From the NCBI RefSeq assembly GCF_963676685.1, contig NC_092346.1:99448001-99512000 (forward strand): a stretch of 64,000 bases of DNA, written 5' to 3'. The translations under genes were made by a program, and so were the position numbers. A model generated the notes under the pieces. That model had not been told where the DNA came from. It was given only the letters and a program-made list of their open reading frames with translations, and ran no database searches. Shown one piece after another: positions 52,792-64,000 of this stretch (position 1 is the stretch's first letter; each line of letters begins with the position of its first letter). The stretch comes from Mytilus edulis. Taxonomy: Eukaryota.

Positions 52792-54028
52792 CACCAAATA
52801 TGATTAACCTAATACATGTACCTAGCAGGCATGGGGAGAATTGCATTGCAATGTAATGCATAACATTAAAATTACTTTGACAAAACCATGCATTAAATTA
52901 CAATTACATGCTATTATCTAAGTAATGCATTGAATTACGTCTGAGGTACCAACATATCCATGGAAATATCTGTCAGATGAACCCTATCAGACAGTTATGT
53001 ACACTCCATACACTACTTATAGTGGCCCTATTTCTTTAAGAATCTGAGAAATAGACAAAACTACAAAAACTTAACATTCTCCAATGAACAATTAAAAGAT
53101 GAAGGTCAGATGGAGAATAACAATTCCTATGTCTAGGATTCTGAGATTTAAGTGACGGGTAAGGCAAAACAGACAACATATAAAAACTAACACACCAGCA
53201 CATACAAAAAATGAATGTAGCTAAAAAAACATAAAATTGAAATGATTCTGAAGGCAGGAATTGAACATGCTATTTATATCATATTTGTTTTTCGCTTATT
53301 GTCTCGTACACAAATCAGGCCATTAGTGTTCTTGTTTGAAATGTATCACATGTCATTTTAGAGCCTTTTATAGCTTGCTGTGAAATATGGGTTATGCTCA
53401 TTATAGAAAGCAGTAAGGTGACATACAGTTGCTTATCATTTATATCTACATCATTTGGTCTTTGATGGAGAGTTGTCTCTTTGGTAAATATACAATATTT
53501 TACATTATGAAGGTAAAACTGGATTATTTGGATACAAAACTATTTTAAGACGATAGTTTTACCTAGATTTATAACCTCTATTTATATATATATATATATC
53601 ACACATTAGAATCTCCTCAGTCAGGTTATATTGTGTGTGTGGAGTCCATCTACACCATATTTCTATAACATGTAACAGGCTGTTATCCTTTTAGTTATTC
53701 CAAAGTATCTGTTTACTATAAAAAATATAGAAGGAATAACAGTACAAAAAGTACATACTATGTTTGAAGAGTTGCCACTATATCATTTATGGAGTTTTGG
53801 AGCAGAGAAGTTGGAAAGGGATATTTACAACCATCAAATCCTAATTGAAGTTGGCAATTCTGTACAGACAGTACTATTATTATATATTCTAGAAACGTTA
53901 GTTTCTCCATGTCAGTGTTAATGGCTGTAAATATTAACAATTATATTGATGACAAACATCCAACCTCAATGTCCTACATATGTCGCATTGTCATTGTTTC
54001 TTGACTAAGAAATTATTATCATGACATG

Positions 54029-57000
54029 TCACTGAAATCTATCCTGTCTTCTTTGTCGTAAATCATCCAAGTCTGGGTACAGTCTGTTGGTGTTTCCTGT
54101 AAAAAATAAATAAATTTTTGATATATACAAACATCAGCCTTATTTCACAATCTTAATAAGTGAACATTTTACTTTTAACCATCAAAGCTTTAAAAATCAC
54201 AAGATTGTCAAGGAAAACACTTTAGATTCAAAATGTAAAATGTGGTACATTTGTCTACAAGAAATCAGATGTGGCTAGGGGGGATAATCCAGTATATATT
54301 ATAACCTTGCAAGGTTATTTTCTAACCTTGATTTTTTTCTTTTTATATGAAAAGGATTTTGCCTATAAAAGTGTTTATTGTAGACAAAGAGCTTAGAATT
54401 TGTGACAAGCCATCAATTTGAATTTACACTATTTTGTTTTTTGTCAGATATTTACAGTCTTACAAATGATTTACTTTTAACAAATTCATAACACTATACA
54501 TGTAAAATGCATTGGTTAAACAAACACAGCATTATTTACATAATATGATTTGGAATTTATTTTTCAGCTCTCTAAAATCAAGCATAATACCAACCAGCTT
54601 CTCACTAAAAGATTTAAAATAAAATATAAAATAGTTTTAATTATCCCTAAATTGTCAGCATTTTTTAGGATGCAAAAACATTAATTTAACACCAAAGCAA
54701 CAGAACAATCCAAATACCCCAAAAGACATATAAAAGTTTTAATATGATCAATATGATTTTGATGTGTTACAATGGTTACAATTCTGATTAAAATGTCAAT
54801 ACAGGATACATTATATATTAATTGAATAATAAAACAAACTTCTGCTTTCTTCTTCTCTTAAGCTCTCTTCTCTAGCTCTTTGAACTTGTTCCTCTTCACT
54901 CAGTCCTGCCGTATAATTGTTAGATCTGGGTTCCTGTTGACTGGTACTACGAGTGTTGTAGCCTCTGTTAGATTCTAAAATATGCAAATCAAGGTTATAC
55001 TTTGAAATTACTCTTTCAGTTTGTATTTTACATTACATGTATTCATTAACATTTAAAGGAAGGGAGAGTAGTTTAAAAATAAATAAATATATTTTCATGC
55101 CTCACCTAGGGCATATGTTTTTTGGTCTGTTTGCCCAACATGACCCGCTTCAGGTTAAAGATTTTGGTCAAGGTAGTTTTTGATGAAATTGAAGTCCAAT
55201 CAAATTGAAACTTAGTACACATGTTCCCTATGGTATGATCTTTCTTATTATAATGCCAAATTAGATTTTTGACCCTAATTTCATAGTCCACTGAACATAG
55301 AAAATGAAAGTGCAAGTGGGGCATCCATGTAAAAAATGTACTATGGATACATTCTTGTTTTTAATTATTTGGAATTCTGTAAATATCACAAAATATTCTA
55401 AAACATCCATGTACATGAAAATTTAACATGATTTTTTGGGGATCTAATTTGGTGCCTGAGAAAATGAAACCACTGTTTAGTATTATCTTTAGCTGTTCTT
55501 TGTAAAATCTTGCAGTTGACATTATATTGTGAAATATAATCAATATTTCATAAAGAATTTGATAAGTGCATTTATTGATTAAACATCAGCCCCATTATAG
55601 CCAAAGGGAAAGAAAAATTCTCTAATCAAGCAAACAACAGTTCAGCTCACCCGGGCAAACAGAAAAATAAACATCTATTGTTCACACCAGATCCACCTGA
55701 AATCAATTCAATGGGGTACAAGTGATCTAAGACTGATATGTTTATATATATTGACTTTGTATTTGGGTACTACATGTAGCATTTTTGTTGACTCCTTGAT
55801 ATATTGGCCAGCATTCTAAACTTTTACTTTCTTCAATCTAAAAATAATCTGGCGGTACTAAATTGGATAAATCTTGTCACTTAACACTACTATGATGTTC
55901 ATTGGTAATGCTTACTGGTATATGAAATTTTCTGATATTAAAACCAAATAAATACCTGTATAACCTGTTCTGTAGCCTGTTGACTGTCTCTGATATGTGT
56001 AGGCTGGAGCTTAAATAACAATAACAAGATATCATTTCATATCAGATTGTTACTTACATGATTAACAAAAGTCACATAATTATATTTTAAAGGAATTTTA
56101 ACTAAGATAGCTTAAAATGACATTGATTGTCAAACTGTTGATGTAAAATAGTACTATACCAGTTACCAAATAATAGATATTTACATTTACTTCAGACCCT
56201 AACGTAACATGCAGTTCTTTCTTTACAGGAAAGATATTTTTAAAATTCATGATGGCTGAAATCTAAATAAAATTCTTTTAAAATAGCACCTTGAAGCTTA
56301 CATAACAAGATATTATAACTTACTACTTTATACAACTTGTAAATATACAAAAAGTTGTCCAAGCTGACCAAATATCCTATCCAAATAGCCTAACCTACCT
56401 GGAGCAATAAGACTGTCCATCAATGGTTTTAGTGGACCTTTTATGTATAGTAAACCTACTAATATCCCAGCCAAATGACCTGAAACGTAAGAAACTTAAA
56501 ATTTAATATCACAATACAAATGTACATGTACCTGCTCATTAAATTTCTAAAAAACAAGAATGTGTCCTTAGTAAACATGTACACAGACACACTATCATTT
56601 TCTATGTTCAGTGGACCGTGAAATTGGGGTAAAAACTCTTAATTTGGCATGAAAATTAGACGGAATTTATCATAAGGAACATGTGTACTAAGTTTTAAGT
56701 TGGTAGGACTTCAACTTCATCAAAAACTACCTTGACCAAAAACTTTGACCTGAAGTGGGACAGACGGACGGATGAAGGGTACAACGGACAACAGTATACC
56801 ATAATAAGTCCCTTAAACAGGCATAATAACAATGCGTTCAAGGCTAGATGAAACCTGCCAAACTGACATGTACATCTAACAAATATTCTACACAAAAAAA
56901 TAAAGTTAACCTATTGCTTATACTTTCTTACCCTATGTGCCATCAGGCAAAGCAAGGACTAAATATTATTAGTACTGCTAATAGAATTTGAGAAACAGAC

Positions 57001-59254
57001 CTAAACATGTTACTTTAACCTTGATTACTGATCCATGAAATGAGGTCTGACGGACATTTAGACCTTGTAATTTGTAACATAAAACTCAAGGATAACTGAC
57101 ATAACACAGATAGAAACATTGTCATCTGAAAACAAAGTATAAAGCCTACAGGTCTTCCACCCAATGAAATAAAAAGCTTAATACAAGTAGTTTATGGCAC
57201 AGCCATTGGATAGTAAATTCCCATGTCTGACATTCTGTGACTTTCACCACAGATGAGACAATCAATACGACAATAGGAATTATTAATCATTCCTTTGTGA
57301 CTTTAATATTTACATGTCAGCAGATGAAAACAGGAATCAATCTTTGAATGGTATCACGGTCAACTACTGTTCCATTTGGAAATGAGGTAACTTCCAAGAA
57401 TTTATAAATAAACAAAACCAATACCATGTCTGAACCTTCATTGCTTTCTGGACCTTGATTCATGACACATGTACAAAATATATACTAAAGCAGAACTGAT
57501 CATTCCCTTAAAACATGGATAACAAGAAACTTTTATTTTCCTATGTACAAATAGTGTTATCAGATTTCATACTACATTGTATCAACAAACTGGAATGGCT
57601 GCACAACAGATTTGAAAATTGCTTATTGAAAAAAGGTAACTAGTAACTAGGAATCAAACAATATTTTTACAGAAAAAGCTAATACACTTCACTCCAATTT
57701 TCAGACTTACTTAAAAAAGTGTTTTTTTAAACTTCATATTTTTTAGTGATGTTTTTGTGCAAAGGTGTATACTATCTTACCTGTAAATGAAACATGAGGT
57801 GTAATAAGTTGTATTATAACAAGCTCTGCCCAGAAAGCTATCTTGCTTGGTACAGGTATAAAACCTAAGATGTACTGAGTTCCTGCTGGACTATAGTGAC
57901 TCACTAACACCTTCAATGCAAATATCACACCTACAATTTAACAGAAGGCTTTGAATAAGTATCATAAGTAAATGTCCAAAGAAAATCTGTATATAAGAAA
58001 TTGCAAGCCCTATCTCTCACCAAGAAATATTTGCCTCCCCCTTCTTAGTTAGAATATAATTATGCTGACTCTAGCTGAATTGGGTCGTGTTGCTGAAATC
58101 CCGATCCTAAATGGTCCCTTTGGTGCTGAGTTCAATATGATTCATAGGAGATACATCAAAGGAATCGAGGGATTCCAAGAAAGTTGAAATCTAGGGAAAA
58201 TGTGAATGTTTTTCGTTGAGAAGTTAATGTGAAAACTGGATGTCAAACTGTGCGAGTTAGATTGAGTAAAAATATCAATTAGAATTTTTTTTTTTAATCC
58301 TAATAGTTTACCGGTAAGGGTCTGCCATATTCAGAGCTGAAGAATAAAACATATACTACAATGAACTAGATTTTTGTAAACCCTGACGTCTGTTTCTGTT
58401 AAGAAATATAGTATAAAAAAGAAGATGTGGTATGATTGCCAATGAGACAACTGTCCACAAGAGACCAAAATGACATAGACATTAACAACTATAGGTCACC
58501 GTACGGCCTTCAACAATGAGCAAAGCCCATATCGCATAGTCAGCTATAAAAGGCCCCGATTAGACAATGTAAAACAATGCAAAAGAGAGGTTTGATTATC
58601 TCTTATAATTTGCAAGATATATTTTTTTTTAAATTCCAATATATAAAGGTTAAATGAAATAAATTGCTAATGAGTTGGTGTGTTGAGTAACTTAAAAAAT
58701 CAAATGCTTTAATGTAATTTAGATGCTAATTATTATTTATATGTTTTCTGACCACATAGCTATTGATCATTTCAATATTTTATCATAAAGTTACCTGAAA
58801 ATCCCACTGCACATACAAGATCATACGATGAATCATCAAGTACTCTCTCCAGAGCTATGTTAAGTCCAAGATAAGTCAGACTAGTTAATACTGTAAATAC
58901 TGATAGTAAGTACAAAAAATATACACTTTTAAATTTACGCTCCAGTACTCTCCCTTTGTAAAGGAATGATGCCATGTTGTAATATAAATGAATGTCATTG
59001 GAATGGTACAATGCAGCTAATATCAACCTTCGCCATTCTTTACGATATAAAACATGATATACACTAAGACAAACTTTGCCTGCGTTGGGGAACCATTTCA
59101 TCAGATCACCAAATTGTAAAAAGATAGCTGATTGTAATACAACTGCTGCCAGTGTCACGGGAGGAATGTTATCTACACCAATGTTCATCATCTGTGCTCC
59201 AAGGAGTAAGACACCAAGTCCTCTCCCGCCAGATCTTCCTCCAAGATAAGGCAT
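54029..59254 (-). CDS. RHBDD1: Rhomboid-related protein 4 (RHBDL4), intramembrane serine protease, ~315 aa
   Basis: Exons 59254-58795, 57930-57781, 56479-56399, 56009-55956, 54974-54840 and 54096-54029, all joined by phase-1 introns. Motifs: IPPVTLA, WR, HLYYNM, catalytic GFSG, GHLAG, UIM-like AGLSEEEQVQRAREES, C-terminal p97-binding-like LRQRRQDRF. Confidence 0.93.
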
Positions 59255-60834
59255 TCTGATATTTTCTATTCACTTATCTTCTTTCCTCAATTAATGGTTA
59301 TTTGTAACTGTACAGTCTTTAAACCTGATTCACTACAATAATAAGTTTACAAGAAATAACAATTTATATAATTTTATACATTACTAGTACAAAATGATAT
59401 AACATTTTCAACTTGAATCTGTAACAAGAAAAAATAACTTAGATATAAAGTAAACATTCACAGAAGCACATGAATCAAGTCTATAATTGTTTATTGGTTT
59501 AACTTAATCTGGTGTACATGTTGTACAAATTTTTAGAGTATTTTTTAGATTAACATTATGCACATCATGCACATGTACATTTTTGCCTTGTGATCATGGT
59601 GATTGCGGCTATAATTAACATGGATCTGAATACTTTGTTTATGTTGTAGCAATAGTATCTAAAAATATTCCTCTGCAATCTTCATGTACAAAATAGAGAA
59701 TGGAAATTGGGAATGTGTCAAAGAGACAACAACCCTAGAGCAGACAACAGCCAAAGGCCACCAATGGGTCTTCAATGCAGCAAGAAACTCCCCCTGGAGA
59801 AGTCCTTCAGCTGGCCCCTAAACAAATATGTGATAATGGACGTCATACTAAACTCGGAATTATACACAAGAAACTAAAATCAAAAATCATACAAGACTAA
59901 CAAAGGCCAGAGGCAATGTACTAATGTTTACTTTCTGGCCCATGCCTGGTTATTAATGTTTCAAAAATAAATTGATATATGGAGAATCTAATATCAAAAC
60001 ATTGTAATGTATGTTATTATCATGATTATCAAAACATTGTATGTAAACAACTTTTAAATTTTATTAAATTACTTTAATTTTATTAGGGGGATCTGTACAA
60101 AAATATGTGCCTGAATGTTTAAGTATATAACCTTAAAAAAGCATTAAATGTAACTCTAGGGGATAGTTGTCAATCTATTGAAGTACATGTATGTCTGTAT
60201 GTACTGGTAAATGCCTCCGTTATCCGGAGACCCCTCAAAGCTGCGTGGGTACAGTGGCATCCATGTACATGTTCCCTATATTAAAGGATTAATGGAGATG
60301 TGTCACTAACGTATATTTTTACAACAATTATTTTTACAAGGACAATCAATCCCCACCCAACACAAAGGGAGTGCTAGGACACCAGGAATTCTTTTATTAT
60401 GTTGGAGGAAGCCAAAGTACTCAGAGAAAACCACCGGGCAAATCGGCAGAAAGAAGCAAACCTGCAGAGAGACATCAGAAGATTGATCTCCTGAGGTCAA
60501 AGTAAGGGACAACTTTGACCAACGGAGGCCCCCAAAGTACCCATTCTAGTTTAAAGGGGGTCTCATTGGAAGGTTCTGATCACGGATCCCACTTACTGTT
60601 TTGTCAGATTCCAGTATCCCGCTTACACTATATACATAAGCAATTCTCATCTTTTTGTAATTTCCTGTGTGCTGCTAGACTTCATTTCCTGTTTTCACGG
60701 CACAATAATTTGACTTTCCTGTGTCACGCTTACAAAAAATCTGCAATTTAAGTATGCTTAAACACCAATGAGACCCACTTTAAACTTCGGTCTGGGTACC
60801 TGGGTACCAAAAATGTGTGTGAGGGGGAAAATTA

Positions 60835-60927
60835 CCCTTCTGATGTACTGATATTTTTAGAACCCTGAGTTAAAATCGAACTCAGAACCTTCAGCACTGT
60901 AGCCATTAATCTTAACCACTACACCAC
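60835..60927 (-). mobile_element. tRNA-derived SINE head
   Basis: Minus strand gtggtgtagtggttaag...gaaggttctgagttcgatt shows Pol III A- and B-box-like motifs without a complete cloverleaf. SINE-body-like sequence at 60305-60520. Confidence 0.5.
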
Positions 60928-61089
60928 GAAAACATGTATTGTTATGTGATTTTACACTCATTCTCAGGATATAAATGCTATACTGTATACATCTCTGTAT
61001 TCTAAAATAATAATATGTATGTATAACATCTAAATCTGCACTTAAGTTACATTTCTTTCAATCTTGTTGACTTCAAATATGATTTTCGA

Positions 61090-61260
61090 TACCTTTAATA
61101 TGATGTGACACTCTATCATTATTCACAGTTGACATCTAACACAAAATGCAATATTTTTATGATTTCATAGCTTACAAAGGCAGCCATATTGTTATGTCTC
61201 AGCCAATCAATGTGAAGAGCAACGTGTACTTTCGGTTTGTTTTACATCACTAATGTTACT
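61090..61260 (-). promoter_or_regulatory. Possible RHBDD1 promoter / first exon
   Basis: AGCCAATCA (CCAAT box) at 61201, YY1-like AATATGGCTGC on the minus strand at ~61180-61190, donor-like aaag|gtatcg at ~61092. Confidence 0.3.
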
Positions 61261-61734
61261 GACTTTCTTGGGGTCGAAAAGGGTGATAAAACAACTTTTA
61301 ATTTTCTCTATCTAAAGATATGTGATGGAACCACTTCTATCTTTTTAAAGTCGAGATATGAATGATCGTTGCTAAAAATAAATTTGGAAATTTTTATTGT
61401 CTATTTTTAGAAACCTACAGAAAACCCTTCAACAGAGGGAAGTGCATTTCAGAACCTAGAATTTATATACATTAATTAACAGGATTGAGATTATCATTTT
61501 TTATTATAGCTTTTAATATGAAATTGTACATGCACTGATATAAGAGATGAGATTCTTTGTCGTGAAAGCAGCGAGATGACCGGATTCGAATAATCTACTT
61601 TCACTTTGCTGTTACATCAGTGGAATTTTTGAAAAAGCAGAAAACAGGTTAAAAATCTATGAAACTATTTGAACTGTTATATTTTGTTTGATTGATAGCG
61701 TTACAATCTATTTTTTGTAGCTTTGATAACATGA

Positions 61735-62790
61735 TAAAGCTACTCAGGTATCCCCACTTCTTAAAAATAATAACTCTTTAGATAAAGAAAACTATAGAAC
61801 TGTAAGTGTGTTACCATGTATTTCCAAAATTTATGAAAGAGCTATACATGATAAAATAATGGAATTCTTAAATAAACATTTGCATCCTCTTCTTTGTGCA
61901 TTTTGATCAGGTTTTGGTTGCCAATCTGCACTTATTAGAATAACAGAAGACTGGAAAAAAGATTTGGATGAGAACAAATTCATTGCTGCAATTTTGATGG
62001 ATCTGTCTAAAGCATTTTATTGTTTACCGATGATTTACTTAATTAAAATTGGAAGCATAAGTATGGCCTGTCTAAAAATTCTCTAAAATTTTTACATAGT
62101 TATTTGGAAAACTGAAAACAATTATAAAATTGGAAGTTCTTACAGTGAATTGGTTCGTATGTTTAAAGGTGTACCACAAGGGTCAATTCTTGGTCCAGTT
62201 CTTTTCAATATCTTCTTATTTTGTACAAAATAGCACCATTTATAATTATGCTGATGATAACACTGTATCATATAGTGATCATAATTTAGATAAAGTTGTT
62301 GAAAGTTAGAAACTGATAATTTTAATCTAATAAACTGGTTTTCTATAAATTTAATGAAGGCTAATCCTGACAAATTCCAGGCTATAGCCATTGAAAAAAT
62401 AAACAAATGAATATAATTTGATATTGAATCCAAATGGAAACAAAATTTCTTGTGAAGAAAATGTTAACTTCTAGGAATAACTATAGATTCAGACTTAAAC
62501 TTTAACAATCATATATCTGAATATGTAAAAAGGCATCAAGACAATTAAATATTTATTTTAAAACGTATGGGTAAATATTTAAACAGGCTATTCAATTTTA
62601 ACTATTGTCCAGTAATTTGGAACTACTGTAGCTAAAAAAATATCTTTTAAAATGGAAAAAATTAAAGAAAGATCTAGAGATCTTTGATTAATCTATGAAG
62701 ATTATGGTAGTTCCTATGAAAAACTGCTAGAAAAATCAAAATTACCGTCTTTAAAAATAAGAAGAATAAAAACTACTTTACAAAATAAAA
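61735..62790 (+). mobile_element. Decayed CR1/L2-group LINE RT fragment
   Basis: Plus-strand fragments NYRTVSVLPCISKIYE, ILMDLSKAF, GVPQGSILGPVLFNIF, YADDNT and NPDKFQ, with multiple stops and frameshifts. Confidence 0.85.
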
Positions 62791-63392
62791 AAAAAATCTA
62801 ACTTCATTTTGATGCATAGCATTATTTATAAAAAAAAATTATGCATTATTGGTTCTGTATCTGAATATATTAAATAAATTCTGCCGATATATAGGCACAA
62901 TATCTTGACAGAGTAAATGTTGTTCTACCACCAGTGAATTCCTACACCAGTGAGTAAATAACACCTCAAATAATATGTACACAGTTCAAGATTTCATATA
63001 AAATATCTATTTAAGTAGCAGGTGAGGAGAGTAACTATTTCAATTAATCTAATTTAATATAATTTTTTGTATATGTAATATGTCAGCTTTGGTCAAGTTT
63101 TCAATTATTCAGAACTTTTTTTTATTAAAGAGTTGCTGTTGGCTGCAACGGTCCCAATTTAGAAAGTTGTTGTGTCTATAGAGATTCAATGTACATCATG
63201 GCACCTTTTGGTTACAGAATATGTTTGATCTTAGGTTACCACCTCCTTAAGCTTATAGATCCTTATAGTTAAGAAAAATGCACAAAACACCTTTTTTTCA
63301 AATTTCCAAAATGGAGCCTGTAAATTGTAATGTACATGAACTTTAATGCAGTGATTTGTTTAACCAAACAATTAGGCTTTTGAAATGTTTCC

Positions 63393-64000
63393 TTTTTAGC
63401 TCACCTGGCCCAAAGGTCCAAGTGAGCTTTTCTCATCACTTGGCGACTGTCATCTGTCATCGTTAACTTTTACAAAAATCTTCTCCTCTGAAACTACTGG
63501 GCAAAATTCAACCAAAACTTGGCCACAATCATCATTGGGTATCTTTTTATTTTAAATGTGTCTGAAGCCCTTGCCAACCAACCAAGATGGCCGCCATGGC
63601 TAAAAATAGAACATAGGGGTAAAATGTAGATTTTGGCTTATATTTCTAACCAAAGCATTTAAAGCAATCTGACATGAGGTAGATTTGTTTATCAGGTCAA
63701 GATCTATCTGCCCTAAAATGTTCAGACAAATCAGACAATCTGTTGTTAGGTTGCTGCCCCTGAATTGGTAACTTTACATAATTTTGCAGTCTTTGGTTAT
63801 TATCTTAAATATTATTGTAGATACAGATATACTGTAAACAGCAATAATGTTCAGCAAAATAAGATCTACAAATAAGGAGTTATTGTCCTTCATAGTCAAT
63901 TTTTAACAATTTTTTGTAAATTTTTGTAATCTTACAAAAATCTTCTCCTATGAAACTACTTAGACAAATTCAACCAATCTTGGTCACAATCATTATAAGA
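63393..64000 (+). mobile_element. Helentron-like non-autonomous element with internal tandem repeats (runs off the window)
   Basis: ttttAGCTCACCTGGCCCAAAGGTCCAAGTGAGCT terminal palindrome. 'acaaaaatcttctcct.tgaaactact..caaattcaaccaa..ttgg.cacaatcat' at 63472 and 63934. A related fragment lies at 49020-49085. Confidence 0.65.

Noticed and set aside
60870-60927. tRNA gene
   Set aside because: A- and B-box-like motifs are present but I cannot form an acceptor stem or full cloverleaf. A SINE head fits better.
62140-62433. 97-aa minus-strand ORF
   Set aside because: Antisense of the decayed LINE RT (GPRIDPCGTP is the reverse of GVPQGSILGP).

Overview
AT-rich eukaryotic genomic DNA with spliceosomal introns. 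The repeat landscape looks like a bivalve mollusc, probably Mytilus-like (my recognition, not verified). Four spliced protein-coding genes could be reconstructed by hand. Two are tandem minus-strand genes (20065-23599, ~386 aa; 25848-28920, ~498 aa) for secreted, basic proteins with cysteine-free mature chains that I cannot assign to a known family. They share the same 3-exon layout, similar 5'-UTR exons and an uncharacterised helical N-x2-L-x3-L repeat domain, and are the most novel signal in the window. The other two are RSRC1 (41533-51334, +, 8 coding exons) and RHBDD1/RHBDL4 rhomboid protease (54029-59254, -, 6 coding exons), which converge on a 41-bp minisatellite. The rest is mostly repeats: decayed LINEs, a Penelope-like RT relic, degenerate hammerhead-ribozyme motifs, non-autonomous TIR elements (some nested), Helentron-like elements, SINE fragments and long hairpins. 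Most short ORFs in the track are spurious.
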